A stretch of DNA of 52,977 nucleotides from assembly GCA_009786825.1 (NCBI GenBank), contig WQRI01000003.1, positions 1 to 52,977 of the forward strand. Reading direction: 5' to 3'. The translations under genes were made by a program, and so were the position numbers. Below, in pieces: positions 8,399 to 17,167 of the stretch (its first letter is position 1; each line of letters begins with the position of its first letter). The notes under the pieces are model-generated. The model worked only from the letters and a program-made list of their open reading frames with translations, was not told the origin of the DNA and made no database searches. The stretch comes from Bacillota bacterium (GTDB taxonomy: Bacteria > Bacillota > Clostridia > Christensenellales > WQRI01).

Positions 8399-9112
8399 AT
8401 GAAAACGTTTAAGACTTTTAAAAAGAAGCCTGCAAAGGCGGGCAAAATTACTAAGGCTATACTTGGTAAAAAAATTGGAATGACACAAGTTTTCTCGGAC
8501 ACGGGTTTAAGAATTCCGGTAACAGTTGTGTTGGCTACGCCAAACGTGGTTGTACAAAAAAAGACAATAGAAAAGGACGGGTATAACAGCGTAGCATTCG
8601 GCTTTGGCGAGATAAGAGACAAGTTAGTTAACAGACCAAAAATGGGGCTGTTTAAAAAGGCGGGCGTTAAGCCTGTTAGGCATTTAAGAGAGTTTAGGTT
8701 TGTAGACATACAGCCTTACGAAGTTGGCGCGCAAGTAAAAGTAGATGTGTTTAATGTGGGCGACACGATAGATGTGCAAGGCATAACTAGGGGTAGGGGT
8801 TTCACGGGCAGAATTGCAAGGTGGAATATGAGCCGCGGACCAGAGACGCACGGCTCTAAGCACCACAGACAAATGGGTTCTACGGGCGCTTGTTCTACAC
8901 CATCTCGCGTATTTAAAGGCAAAAAGATGCCGGGTCACTACGGGGTAGAGAGAGTGACAATACAAAACCTAGAGATAGTAAAAGTAGATTTAGACAGAAA
9001 CGTATTACTTATAAAGGGCGGAATACCGGGACCAAAGGGAAGTTTAGTTATAGTTAAAAATGCTGTAAAGGGGCAGAAGAGACCTAAGCAAATTCAACAA
9101 AAAAAGAAATAG
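8399..9112 (+). CDS. rplC: 50S ribosomal protein L3 (uL3), with an approximately 20-aa basic N-terminal extension
   Basis: [12 protein letters not shown]...VTVV...[17 protein letters not shown] 8399 chosen, but no clear SD, so the start is uncertain (track ORF starts at TTG 8306). Confidence 0.85.
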   Translation: MKTFKTFKKKPAKAGKITKAILGKKIGMTQVFSDTGLRIPVTVVLATPNVVVQKKTIEKDGYNSVAFGFGEIRDKLVNRPKMGLFKKAGVKPVRHLREFRFVDIQPYEVGAQVKVDVFNVGDTIDVQGITRGRGFTGRIARWNMSRGPETHGSKHHRQMGSTGACSTPSRVFKGKKMPGHYGVERVTIQNLEIVKVDLDRNVLLIKGGIPGPKGSLVIVKNAVKGQKRPKQIQQKKK

Positions 9113-9121
9113 TAATTTGGT

Positions 9122-9248
9122 AATTTAAGCCCTATGTGCTACGCAATACGGCGTCAAACATCAAATTTGTTCGGATTGCGTACATCAAGTACGCGCACCT
9201 CACAAATTTTCGTTTTTCTTGTCTTGCTTGCACCTAGAACTTAAATTT
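9122..9248 (+). repeat. F2 element copy 1 (short form)
   Basis: Outer IR AATTTAAG/CTTAAATT, CTATGTGCTACGCAATACGGCGTCAA, stem AAATTTGT/ACAAATTT around hairpin GCGTAC-ATCAA-GTACGC, CTTGTCTTGCTTGCACCTAG. Confidence 0.85.
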
Positions 9249-9321
9249 CTTGTGACAAACTTCTGACTTTCAGAAAAATACGCGAGTTGTGTCTACAGCA
9301 ATAGAGAACAAAATATTAAAA

Positions 9322-9361
9322 GTGAAACAATTCATAATTCTGAATTCTGAATTCAGAATTA
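9322..9361 (-). repeat. F1 fragment E (core end plus one arm)
   Basis: GTGAAAC followed by AATTCATAATTCTGAATTCTGAATTCAGAATTA, directly upstream of the rplD SD. Confidence 0.6.
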
Positions 9362-9376
9362 CCAAAAGAGGATATT

Positions 9377-10039
9377 ATGCCAAAGGTAAAAGTATATAAT
9401 CAAAAAGGTGCGGCGGCTGGTGAGTTGCAGTTGAAAAAAGAAGTGTTTGGGGCAGAGTACAAGCCTGCGCTTATTCATCAAGTAGTGGTTGCACAACAAA
9501 ATAATTTAAGGCAAGGCACAAAGTCTACACTAACAAGGGCGCAAGTAAGGGGCGGTGGGCGCAAGCCTTGGAGACAAAAGGGTACTGGTAACGCAAGACA
9601 CGGAAGTATCAGAAACCCGCAATGGAAAGGTGGTGGGGTTGTATTTGCCCCAAAGCCTAGAGATTTCTCTCAAAAGGTTAACAAAAAGGCTAAGCGCGTT
9701 GCTATAAAGTCGGCGCTATCAAGAAAAGTAGAATTAGGCAACTTTATAGTGTTAGACGAGATTAAACTTAAAGAAGCAAAAACAAAGCAGATGGTTAAGG
9801 TGTTAGAGAACTTGAAGTTAGCAAAATCTGTTTTGATAGTAACAGATGTTAACGATGCAAGTGTTGTAAGGGCAACTTCAAACATACCAAAGACTAATAC
9901 AATAACGGCAGAGTTAATAAACGTTTTAGACTTAGTAAAGTTTACACACCTTGTAATTACAAAAGCGGCGGTTGCAAAACTAGAAGAGATGTTTACAGAC
10001 CAGCCAGTAGAAAAGGTGGCAACAAAAGTTGCAAAATAA
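9377..10039 (+). CDS. rplD: 50S ribosomal protein L4 (uL4)
   Basis: QGTKSTLTRAQVRGGGRKPWRQKGTGNARHGSIRNPQWKGGGVVF motif. SD AGAGGA. Confidence 0.97.
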   Translation: MPKVKVYNQKGAAAGELQLKKEVFGAEYKPALIHQVVVAQQNNLRQGTKSTLTRAQVRGGGRKPWRQKGTGNARHGSIRNPQWKGGGVVFAPKPRDFSQKVNKKAKRVAIKSALSRKVELGNFIVLDEIKLKEAKTKQMVKVLENLKLAKSVLIVTDVNDASVVRATSNIPKTNTITAELINVLDLVKFTHLVITKAAVAKLEEMFTDQPVEKVATKVAK

Positions 10040-10088
10040 CAAAGGCAACAACAATTGTAAATAAAATTTTCAAATAGGATATAAAATT

Positions 10089-10379
10089 ATGAATGCATAC
10101 GATATTATCTTAAAACCTGTTTTAACAGAAAAGAGTTACGATGGGGTTGCAATTAAGCGATATACATTTATTGTACACCCAGATGCTAACAAAACACAAG
10201 TTAAGCAGGCAGTAGAAGAAATATTTAAAGTACAAGTTGAAAAAGTAAATATACTAAACCAACTTGGCAAAATTAAAAGACAAGGCAGAACAAAGGGCAG
10301 GCGCGCTTCTTACAAAAAGGCATACGTTCAACTAAAGCCAAAGTCTAAATCGATAGAGTTTTTCGACAGTTTATCGTAA
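10089..10379 (+). CDS. rplW: 50S ribosomal protein L23 (uL23)
   Basis: YDIILKPVLTEKS...YTFIVHPDANKTQVKQAVEEIFKVQVEKVN. Confidence 0.95.
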   Translation: MNAYDIILKPVLTEKSYDGVAIKRYTFIVHPDANKTQVKQAVEEIFKVQVEKVNILNQLGKIKRQGRTKGRRASYKKAYVQLKPKSKSIEFFDSLS

Positions 10380-10381
10380 AA

Positions 10382-10416
10382 GCGCAAATATATATTTTAA
10401 CAAATATATATTTGCG
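10382..10416. repeat. A/T hairpin immediately after the rplW stop
   Basis: GCAAATATATAT-TTTAACA-ATATATATTTGC perfect 12-bp palindrome arms. Confidence 0.6.
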
Positions 10417-10575
10417 AATGAATAATTAATAATTAATAGTGAATAATGGTTTCACCTGCTTCGCAGAAAAGATTGCTATTTGCAAAATATACGCAATTTG
10501 TAATCGTAGGCTGTTCAAAAGTTGTATCAATTATGAGTTCAGCAATTATTCATTATTCAATATTCATTATTCATT
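10417..10575 (+). repeat. F1 element copy F (forward)
   Basis: Arm AATGAATAATTAATAATTAATAGTGAATAATG, GTTTCACCTGCTTCGCAGAAAAG, ATTTGCAAAAT, GCTGTTCAAAAG, ATGAGTTCAG, arm CAATTATTCATTATTCAATATTCATTATTCATT. Confidence 0.9.
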
Positions 10576-10599
10576 AAAAAAAGAAGTGAGGATATATAT

Positions 10600-11430
10600 A
10601 TGGGAATTAGAAGGTTTAAACCAAGAACACCGGGAACGCGTTTTAAAAGCGTATTAACCTACGAAGAGTTACAAGGAAGTACCGAGCCGGAAAGAAGTTT
10701 ACTTACATCTAAAAAGAAAAACGCGGGTCGTAACTTTCAGGGTAAGATTACAATAAGGCACAGGGGCGGTGGTAATCGTCAAAAATATAGAATTATAGAT
10801 TTTAAAAGAGACAAAGATAACATACCAGCAAAAGTAAACTGTATTCAGTACGACCCTAATCGCTCGGCAAACATAGCGCTATTGTTTTATGCAGACGGCG
10901 AAAAGAGATATATACTAGCGCCGCTTGGGCTTAACGTTGGTGACATAGTTGTGTCGGGTCCGACTTCAGACATAAAGGTTGGAAACGCGCTACCGCTAAA
11001 TGCTATACCTGTAGGTACTGTTGTTCATAACATAGAGATGCAACCGGGTAGGGGCGGACAGATTGCTAAGTCTGCTGGAACATCGGCTCAGTTAATGGCA
11101 AAAGAAGGTAAGCACGCAACGCTTAGGCTACCTTCAGGTGAGATGCGCTACATTCCGATAAATTGTAAAGCAACAATCGGACAAGTGGGCAACATACATC
11201 ACGAAAACGTATCTTTAGGTAAGGCGGGCAGAAAGCGCCACTTAGGTATTCGCCCAACAGTACGTGGTTCTGCTATGAACCCAGTAGACCACCCGCACGG
11301 TGGAGGGGAAGGTAAATCTCCAATCGGTAGACCGGGTCCGGTAACGCCGTGGGGTAAGCCAACACTAGGATACAAAACAAGAAAGAAAAAGAAAAACAGC
11401 GACAGATTTATTATAAAAAGAATTAACTAA
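10600..11430 (+). CDS. rplB: 50S ribosomal protein L2 (uL2)
   Basis: RHRGGG.RQKYR..DF.R...YDPNRSA.IAL...[26 protein letters not shown]. Confidence 0.98.
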   Translation: MGIRRFKPRTPGTRFKSVLTYEELQGSTEPERSLLTSKKKNAGRNFQGKITIRHRGGGNRQKYRIIDFKRDKDNIPAKVNCIQYDPNRSANIALLFYADGEKRYILAPLGLNVGDIVVSGPTSDIKVGNALPLNAIPVGTVVHNIEMQPGRGGQIAKSAGTSAQLMAKEGKHATLRLPSGEMRYIPINCKATIGQVGNIHHENVSLGKAGRKRHLGIRPTVRGSAMNPVDHPHGGGEGKSPIGRPGPVTPWGKPTLGYKTRKKKKNSDRFIIKRIN

Positions 11431-11438
11431 CTAACTAG

Positions 11439-11594
11439 AAATTACAAATTACAAATTACAAATTACAAATGTTATACTCAGAATATGCAAAACGTTTTGT
11501 CAGTTATAATTGCACTTGTGCGCATAGTTCATATGAATTTTGCCCGCGCTAAGCGGTGAAACATTTGTACACTGTACATTGTACATTGTAATTT
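11439..11594 (-). repeat. F1 element copy G (reverse)
   Basis: Arm GAAATTACAAATTACAAATTACAAATTACAAATG ... TTTTGCCCGCGCTAAGCGGTGAAAC, arm ATTTGTACACTGTACATTGTACATTGTAATTT. Confidence 0.85.
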
Positions 11595-11605
11595 ACGAGG
11601 ATATT

Positions 11606-11896
11606 ATGGGTAGGTCATTAAAGAAAGGACCTTTCGTCTGCGAGAGGTTATTAAAAAGAGTAGAAGATATGAACGCAAAAGGCGAGAAAAAGCCAGTTAG
11701 AACTTGGTCGCGCTCGTCTACTATCTTCCCAGAGTTTGTAGGGCATACGATTGCTGTACACAACGGAAAAAAGCATATACCAGTATATTGCACGGAAGAT
11801 ATGGTAGGGCATAAACTTGGCGAATTTTCTCCAACAAGAACTTACTATGGGCATATAGTGGATAAGAAGAAGAAGGGTTCGGGCAAGAAGAAATAA
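11606..11896 (+). CDS. rpsS: 30S ribosomal protein S19 (uS19)
   Basis: [10 protein letters not shown]...[47 protein letters not shown] at 11597-11600. The track ORF's N-terminus is translation of F1 copy G. Confidence 0.97.
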   Translation: MGRSLKKGPFVCERLLKRVEDMNAKGEKKPVRTWSRSSTIFPEFVGHTIAVHNGKKHIPVYCTEDMVGHKLGEFSPTRTYYGHIVDKKKKGSGKKK

Positions 11897-12049
11897 TGTT
11901 AAATGCTAAATGCTAAATGTTAAATTGTTATACCGCTAGCGCGGGCAAGTTTCACCTTGCAAACTATCAAAAGGCAGAAATTGCAAACTGTTCAAATGCA
12001 GATGCTGTTAATGTGTTTAACCATTTAACATTAAAAATTTAACATTAAA
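11896..12049 (+). repeat. F1 element copy H (forward)
   Basis: AATGTTAAATGCTAAATGCTAAATGTTAAATTG, TTATACCGCTAGCGCGGGCAAG, CTTGCAAAC, ACTGTTCAAATG, CCATTTAACATTAAAAATTTAACATT. The arm begins with the last A of the rpsS TAA. Confidence 0.85.
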
Positions 12050-12108
12050 AATTATAACTTAAATTACAAAACTTAAACCGAATATTTTAAGTTTTAAGGG
12101 ATAACAAA

Positions 12109-12495
12109 ATGGCAACAAGAAGTAAAGAAAAAGCAGCAAAAAGAAAAGAAAATAAAGACAAGCGCCCGCGCGCTCACGCGAGATATATAAGAATATCTCC
12201 AAGCAAGGTGCGTATTGTTATAGATTTAATTAGGGGCAAAGAGTATTACGAGGCTTTGGCTATTTTAGAAAATACTCCAAAGGCGGCGTCTCCTATTGTA
12301 AAAAAGGTTTTAAATTCGGCGGCAGCAAATGCTGAGAATAACCTTAACCTTTCTAAAGATGGTTTGTTTGTTGCAGAAATTTTTGCAGACAGCGGACCAA
12401 CATACAAAAGGTTCAGACCACGCGCAAGGGGCAGAGCGCACAGAATATTAAAGCGCACTTGTCATATAACGGTAATACTAGAAAGCGCGATATAA
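12109..12495 (+). CDS. rplV: 50S ribosomal protein L22 (uL22), basic N-terminal extension
   Basis: [19 protein letters not shown]....A..IL...PK.A...V.KVL.SA.ANAENN. Confidence 0.95.
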   Translation: MATRSKEKAAKRKENKDKRPRAHARYIRISPSKVRIVIDLIRGKEYYEALAILENTPKAASPIVKKVLNSAAANAENNLNLSKDGLFVAEIFADSGPTYKRFRPRARGRAHRILKRTCHITVILESAI

Positions 12496-12496
12496 T

Positions 12497-12655
12497 AAAT
12501 GTTAAATGCTAAATTTTAAATGTTTAATTGTTACACCGCTTAGCGCGGGGCAAAATCAATTTGCAAATTTTATACAAATCAAAGTGCTAACTGTTCAAAA
12601 TTAAAGTATTTAAAGGGTTTAAACATTTAACATTCAACATTTAAAATTAAACATT
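12497..12655 (+). repeat. F1 element copy I (forward)
   Basis: AAATGTTAAATGCTAAATTTTAAATGTTTAATTG, TTACACCGCTTAGCGCGGGGCAAAAT, ATTTGCAAAT, ACTGTTCAAAAT, AACATTTAACATTCAACATTTAAAATTAAACATT. Confidence 0.9.
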
Positions 12656-12670
12656 ATATAGAGGAAAATA

Positions 12671-13360
12671 ATGGGACAAAAAGTTAATCCGATAGGCCTT
12701 AGAGTAGGCATAATAAAAGATTGGGAATCTAAGTGGTTTGCAGACAAAAAAGACTTTGCAAATTTTTTGCACGAAGACCATAAAATCAGAAACCACATAT
12801 TTAACAAGTATGGTAACCATAGTTCTAGTAACTATTGCGGTATTTCGCAAGTTATAATAGAGCGCGCGGCTACAAGGCTTACTGTGTCTATTCACACTTT
12901 TAAGCCGGGGCTTTTAATTGGTAAGGGCGGTGCTGGTATAGAGGCACTAAAGCGCGAGCTTAAAAGAATAGTTAAAACAAACAAGCAAATTTTTATAAAT
13001 GTTATAGAAGTTAAGCGCCCAGACTTAGATGCAAAACTTCTAGCAGAGAGAGTTGCCCTGCAACTAGAAAAGCGTGGCTCGTTTAGGCGCGCTATGCGTT
13101 CTGCAATTCAGAGCGCTATGAGAGCGGGTGCTAAGGGTGTTAAGACTATGGTAAGCGGGCGACTAGACGGGGCAGAAATTGCAAGGTCAGAGCATTACCT
13201 AGAAGGTTCTATTCCGCTTCACACACTAAGGGCAGATATAGATTATGCTATTGCAGAGGCAAGAACAGCCTTTGGTCAGGTTGGTGTAAAAGTTTGGATA
13301 TATAAAGGCGACATTATCGGTAACGAGACTAGCAAAGAAAAGCAGAAAATAACGTTGTAG
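12671..13360 (+). CDS. rpsC: 30S ribosomal protein S3 (uS3)
   Basis: [12 protein letters not shown]....W.S.WFA....KPG..IGK.G..IE.L...EV..P.LDA.L.A...A.QLE.R..FRRAM. Confidence 0.97.
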   Translation: MGQKVNPIGLRVGIIKDWESKWFADKKDFANFLHEDHKIRNHIFNKYGNHSSSNYCGISQVIIERAATRLTVSIHTFKPGLLIGKGGAGIEALKRELKRIVKTNKQIFINVIEVKRPDLDAKLLAERVALQLEKRGSFRRAMRSAIQSAMRAGAKGVKTMVSGRLDGAEIARSEHYLEGSIPLHTLRADIDYAIAEARTAFGQVGVKVWIYKGDIIGNETSKEKQKITL

Positions 13361-13368
13361 AAAAATAG

Positions 13369-13440
13369 CCAATTAACAATTGGGGCTAACAATTCAAGTT
13401 TAAAATACTTGTTAACTGTTACTTGTTAGTTGTTACTTGG
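13369..13440. repeat. Arms-only heptad hairpin (F1-like arms, no core)
   Basis: CCAATTAACAATTGGGGCTAACAATTCAAG, 9-nt loop TTTAAAATA, then CTTGTTAACTGTTACTTGTTAGTTGTTACTTGG. Confidence 0.7.
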
Positions 13441-13455
13441 GTGGAGATAAATATT

Positions 13456-13992
13456 ATGTTAATGCCAAGAAGGGTAAAAAGAAGAAAACAACATAGAGGT
13501 AGAATGAAGGGTATTGCCACAAGGGGTAATGTTATTGCCAATGGAGAATTTGGTATAATGGCACTAGAACCTTCGTGGATGACAAGCAGACAAATAGAAG
13601 CCGCACGTCGTGCTATGACAAGGTCTATTAGGCGTGGTGGTAAAGTATGGATAAACGTATTCCCTCATAAGCCAATTACTAAAAAGCCGGCTGAGACGCG
13701 AATGGGTAAAGGTAAGGGTAGCCCGGAGTATTGGGTTGCTGTTGTTAAGCCTAATCGTATTTTATTTGAAATGAGCGGGGTATCGGAAGAAGCGGCAAGA
13801 GAGGCTATGCGCCTTGCAATTAACAAACTGCCTATGAAGGCTAAGTTTGTTACGCGCAAAGAGTTAGAGGCAAGTGGCGTTATATCTCAAAAAATATTAA
13901 ACAATAAAATAAGGGCAGAAAAAGAAACTGCTAAAAAGGCTACAGAAGTGGCAGAAGCAACACAAGCAACTGACAAAGTGGAGGGCAAATAA
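13456..13992 (+). CDS. rplP: 50S ribosomal protein L16 (uL16), with an approximately 40-aa C-terminal tail
   Basis: [24 protein letters not shown]....GEFG..ALE. SD GGTGGAG at 13439-13445. Tail [39 protein letters not shown]. Confidence 0.95.
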   Translation: MLMPRRVKRRKQHRGRMKGIATRGNVIANGEFGIMALEPSWMTSRQIEAARRAMTRSIRRGGKVWINVFPHKPITKKPAETRMGKGKGSPEYWVAVVKPNRILFEMSGVSEEAAREAMRLAINKLPMKAKFVTRKELEASGVISQKILNNKIRAEKETAKKATEVAEATQATDKVEGK

Positions 13993-14390
13993 TGAAAGCA
14001 AAAGAATGGAACAAGTTAACGGACGACGAGTTGATGTCTAAACTTAAAGATTTAAAAAATGAGTTATTTAACCTGCGCTTTGCCCACGCGACAAGACAAT
14101 TGTCTAACCCTTTGTCGCTTCGCACTACAAAAAAGGATATAGCAAGAATAAAAACAATTCTGCACGAGAGAGAACTTAAAACGGGTATAAAGCCTACGCA
14201 AGTTAAGGCACTAGAAACTAAGGCTGTTAAAAAGCCGGTGGAAACTAAAAAAGTTGAAGCAAAAAAAGTTGAAGCAAAAAAATCGGCTGAAGTAAAAAAG
14301 CCTACTGAGACTAAGGCGACAAGTGTTAAAAAAGTGGCAGAGGCTAAACAGACTGGCGCTATAGAAAAAAAGGCAGGAGGAGATAAATAA
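13992..14390 (+). CDS. rpmC: 50S ribosomal protein L29 (uL29), with an approximately 65-aa Lys-rich C-terminal tail
   Basis: [32 protein letters not shown] core. The ATG overlaps the rplP TAA by 1 nt. The tail contains [12 protein letters not shown]. Confidence 0.93.
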   Translation: MKAKEWNKLTDDELMSKLKDLKNELFNLRFAHATRQLSNPLSLRTTKKDIARIKTILHERELKTGIKPTQVKALETKAVKKPVETKKVEAKKVEAKKSAEVKKPTETKATSVKKVAEAKQTGAIEKKAGGDK

Positions 14391-15817
14391 TGAGTGAAAA
14401 AAATATCCCTGCCACCAAGGCAGAAAAGTTAAAACAAACTATAGCAGACAACAAAGAAAAGGTTAAAGAAGCAAAGGTTGCACTATCTACTCTTCAAAAA
14501 GATGAAAAGGCAGCGTCTGCTTTAGTACTTAAATACGAAAAAAGTCTAGATACTTCTAACAAGTCTTTACAAAAGGCTGTTGGGCTTAAAGAGAGTTTAG
14601 CTTTAGCGGTAGAAAAAGCAAATGCTGGCAAGGCTGATGCGGCTGCAAACCTAAAGCAAAAGCAAGCAGATGCTAAGGCTAAAAAGGGTGACGGCAAAGC
14701 GGCGGAAGCAGTAGCAAAAGCGGAAGAGAGGCTTCAAAAAGCGAACACGTCCCTAGAGGCTGCTAAAATTAAAAACTCAGCAAACGAAATTATCATAAAA
14801 GAAAAGACTAAAGAAGTAGCGGGCATACAAAAAGATATAGAAAAAACGCAAAAAAGCGTTGCGGGTATAACTTCTAAACTACCTACGGCGCAAAAAAAGA
14901 TAGACGACCTAGAAGCAAAACTTACAAAAGCACTAGCAGACTTAGAAGCAGAAAAGGCTAAGGGCGCAGAGACTAAAGGCAAGGTTGCACCAGCGCCAAA
15001 GGCTACAGAGGCTAAGGCGGCTGCACCAAAAAAAGTTGCGGACAAGCCGGCGGCTAAGGCAGGGGCGAAAGCTGAAAAGCCGAAAGCTAGTCCAAGGGCA
15101 ACTGAAAAGGTTGCGACTAAGGTCAGTGAAAAAACAGCACCAAAGGCTACTACGGCAGAACCTGCAAAGGCTGTAAAGGCTACTACGCCAGCACCAACAC
15201 CAATAATTACTAAAAAGGCGGTAACTGTTAAGGAAGTAGATGGCGCAATTGTTGCTACTAAAAAAGTGGTAACAGTTAAGCAAGCGGGTGATAGCATAGC
15301 GGTTGTAACATCTAAGCAGGCAGTAACAGTAAAGCAAGCAGACGGAACATCAGTTACGCACAAGCCAAAAATTGTAGGCGAGTCTGATGTATCTGTATCA
15401 GAGTTTACAAGACCAGAAAAAAGGCAACAACTACAAACTGCTAAAAAGCAAAAACCACGTAAGGCGGTTGCATACTCTAGACCAGTTAAAACAATTAAAG
15501 AGGTTAAGCGCCAAAGAGAAGATGCGGCTAAAAAATCTGCAGAACTACTAGTAGAGCGTGCAGAGCGCAGACCACTTAGAAAAACAAGAACAGGAATTGT
15601 CGTATCTAACAAAATGGACAAAACAATTGTTGTTGCTGTTGTGTCTAAAGTTAAGCACCCAATCTACAAAAAAACAGTTAACCAAACAAAGAGATATAAA
15701 GCGCACGACGAAAACAACACAGCGGGCATAGGCGACACAGTATTAATTGCAGAGACTAGAAAACTTTCTAAAAACAAGTATTTTAGACTAGTAGATATTG
15801 TTGCACGCGCCAAATAA
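14390..15817 (+). CDS. rpsQ: 30S ribosomal protein S17 (uS17) fused to an approximately 391-aa N-terminal Lys/Ala-rich extension
   Basis: The C-terminal 84 aa (from about 15563), [69 protein letters not shown], are canonical S17. SD AGGAGGAG, and ATG 14390 overlaps the rpmC TAA. No start codon or SD lies near the core. Confidence 0.9.
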   Translation: MSEKNIPATKAEKLKQTIADNKEKVKEAKVALSTLQKDEKAASALVLKYEKSLDTSNKSLQKAVGLKESLALAVEKANAGKADAAANLKQKQADAKAKKGDGKAAEAVAKAEERLQKANTSLEAAKIKNSANEIIIKEKTKEVAGIQKDIEKTQKSVAGITSKLPTAQKKIDDLEAKLTKALADLEAEKAKGAETKGKVAPAPKATEAKAAAPKKVADKPAAKAGAKAEKPKASPRATEKVATKVSEKTAPKATTAEPAKAVKATTPAPTPIITKKAVTVKEVDGAIVATKKVVTVKQAGDSIAVVTSKQAVTVKQADGTSVTHKPKIVGESDVSVSEFTRPEKRQQLQTAKKQKPRKAVAYSRPVKTIKEVKRQREDAAKKSAELLVERAERRPLRKTRTGIVVSNKMDKTIVVAVVSKVKHPIYKKTVNQTKRYKAHDENNTAGIGDTVLIAETRKLSKNKYFRLVDIVARAK

Positions 15818-15972
15818 TGTTAAATTGTAAATGTTAAATGTTTAATTGTTTCACTCGCTAACGCTACAATATTTTTTGCACATTATACGTAATACAAAAT
15901 TTAGACTGTTAAAAAGCAAAAGCCTTAAAAGCGTGCAAACACTTTACACTTTACATTCTACATTTTACACTA
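15817..15972 (+). repeat. F1 element copy K (forward, diverged core)
   Basis: AATGTTAAATTGTAAATGTTAAATGTTTAATTG, TTTCACTCGCTAACGCTACAAT, TTTTGCACAT, ACTGTTAAAAAG, arm CACTTTACACTTTACATTCTACATTTTACAC. Confidence 0.8.
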
Positions 15973-16029
15973 TAAAAAAGAGTTGTGATTTGTAAAACAA
16001 GTTATAAATAGACAAGGAGACCAAACAAA

Positions 16030-16404
16030 ATGGTACAAATGCAAACGAGGCTAGTAGTTGCAGATAACTCTGGTGCAAAAGAGATTATGTGCATTAGGGT
16101 ACTAGGCGGCTCATTTAGAAAAAGCGGTAATATTGGCGATATAATTGTAGCAAGTGTTAAGTCGGCAAACCCGGGCGGAAACGTTAAAAAGGGTGATGTT
16201 GTAAAGGCACTTATTGTTAGAACGCACAAGGGCATAACGCGCCCAGATGGCTCTACAATTAAATTCGATGATAATGCGGCAGTAATAATAGATAATAACA
16301 AGCAACCACGCGGAAGCCGTGTTTTCGGACCAGTTGCAAGAGAAATAAGAGATAAAGATGCGGCTTTTGCAAAAATAGCATCTTTAGCACCAGAAGTTTT
16401 ATAA
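16030..16404 (+). CDS. rplN: 50S ribosomal protein L14 (uL14)
   Basis: [23 protein letters not shown]...[36 protein letters not shown]. Confidence 0.98.
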   Translation: MVQMQTRLVVADNSGAKEIMCIRVLGGSFRKSGNIGDIIVASVKSANPGGNVKKGDVVKALIVRTHKGITRPDGSTIKFDDNAAVIIDNNKQPRGSRVFGPVAREIRDKDAAFAKIASLAPEVL

Positions 16405-16608
16405 ATGTTAAATTGTAAATGTTAAATGTTTAATGGTTTCACCGCTAGCGCGGGCAATATTATATTTGCAAATTGTATTAATTATGAAAATGCAGGCTGT
16501 TAAAAAGTTTGGTATATAATGAGTTCAGCCATTTAACATTTAAAATTAAACATTTAACATTTACAATTTAACATTAAAATAAGCATTTAACATTAAAAAT
16601 TTAACATT
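16404..16608 (+). repeat. F1 element copy L (forward, extra partial right arm)
   Basis: AATGTTAAATTGTAAATGTTAAATGTTTAATG, GTTTCACCGCTAGCGCGGGCAAT, ATTTGCAAAT, GCTGTTAAAAAG, ATGAGTTCAGC, CATTTAACATTTAAAATTAAACATTTAACATTTACAATTTAACATT, plus a second arm piece at 16584-16608. Confidence 0.9.
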
Positions 16609-16623
16609 AATATAAGGGTGAAT

Positions 16624-17094
16624 ATGAATACTTTACACGTAAAAAAAGGTGATACGGTTTTGGTACTTGCTGGAAAAGACAAAGGTAAAAAAGGCAAGGT
16701 GTCTGCTACGTTCCCTAAAAAAAATAGAGTAGTAGTTGATGGAGTTAACACAATTACTAAGCACAAAAAAGCAAGAGACCCTAAAGATAAGTCGGGCAGA
16801 ATAAAGTTAGATGCGCCAATTAATGCATCTAATGTTATGGTAATTTGCTCTAAGTGCAACAAAGCAACGCGTATTGCAAAAGTAAAGGCAGAAAACGGCA
16901 AAATGGTAAGGGCTTGCAAAAAGTGTAATGCATTACTTGGTAACACTAGCATTGCTAAAAAGCGTACGGCTAAGTCTGACAAGGCTGATAAGGCGGTAGA
17001 CAAGGCAGACAAAAAGGTTGCTAAAAAAGAGAAAGAGCCAAAAGTTGCAGACGAGAAAGAAACCAAAAAGAAAAAAGATAAAATATTAGTGTAA
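16624..17094 (+). CDS. rplX: 50S ribosomal protein L24 (uL24), with a Cys4 knuckle and an approximately 50-aa Lys-rich C-terminal tail
   Basis: LHVKKGDTVLVLAGKDKGKKGKV...KNRVVV.GVN. KOW core. CSKCNK...CKKCN. Tail AKKRTAKSDKADKAVDKADKKVAKKEKEPKVADEKETKKKKDKILV. GTG 16618 is the alternative start. Confidence 0.92.
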   Translation: MNTLHVKKGDTVLVLAGKDKGKKGKVSATFPKKNRVVVDGVNTITKHKKARDPKDKSGRIKLDAPINASNVMVICSKCNKATRIAKVKAENGKMVRACKKCNALLGNTSIAKKRTAKSDKADKAVDKADKKVAKKEKEPKVADEKETKKKKDKILV

Positions 17095-17104
17095 TACTAT
17101 TACA

Positions 17105-17149
17105 CTAGCGGTGAAACCATTAAACATTTTACATTAAAAATTTAACATT
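17105..17149 (-). repeat. F1 fragment M (core end plus arm)
   Basis: CTAGCGGTGAAAC then CATTAAACATTTTACATTAAAAATTTAACATT. The following AATATAAGGGT(G/T)AAT...ATG duplicates the sequence upstream of rplX. Confidence 0.65.
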
Positions 17150-17167
17150 AATATAAGGGTTAATAAA

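Noticed and set aside
10439-10657. Track ORFs whose N-termini run through F1 elements (10439-10657, and the 5' parts of 6546-7361, 11540-11896 and 27412-28152)
   Set aside because: The upstream portions translate repeat arms and cores. The conserved proteins start at internal ATGs with an SD (6696, 11606, 27463).
14734-15621. Long minus-strand ORF (295 aa), plus 14942-15337 and 14494-14697, opposite the rpsQ extension
   Set aside because: These are antisense shadows of GCN/AAR-rich Lys/Ala coding sequence. They are Ser/Phe/Ala/Leu-rich, have no SD, and the plus strand ends in a bona fide S17 core.
5427-16608. CRISPR array hypothesis for the regularly recurring AAATGTT-type sequences
   Set aside because: There is no constant 25-40 nt direct repeat alternating with unique spacers. 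The recurrence is a 7-nt periodicity inside inverted arms, the units are separated by whole genes, and there are no cas genes.
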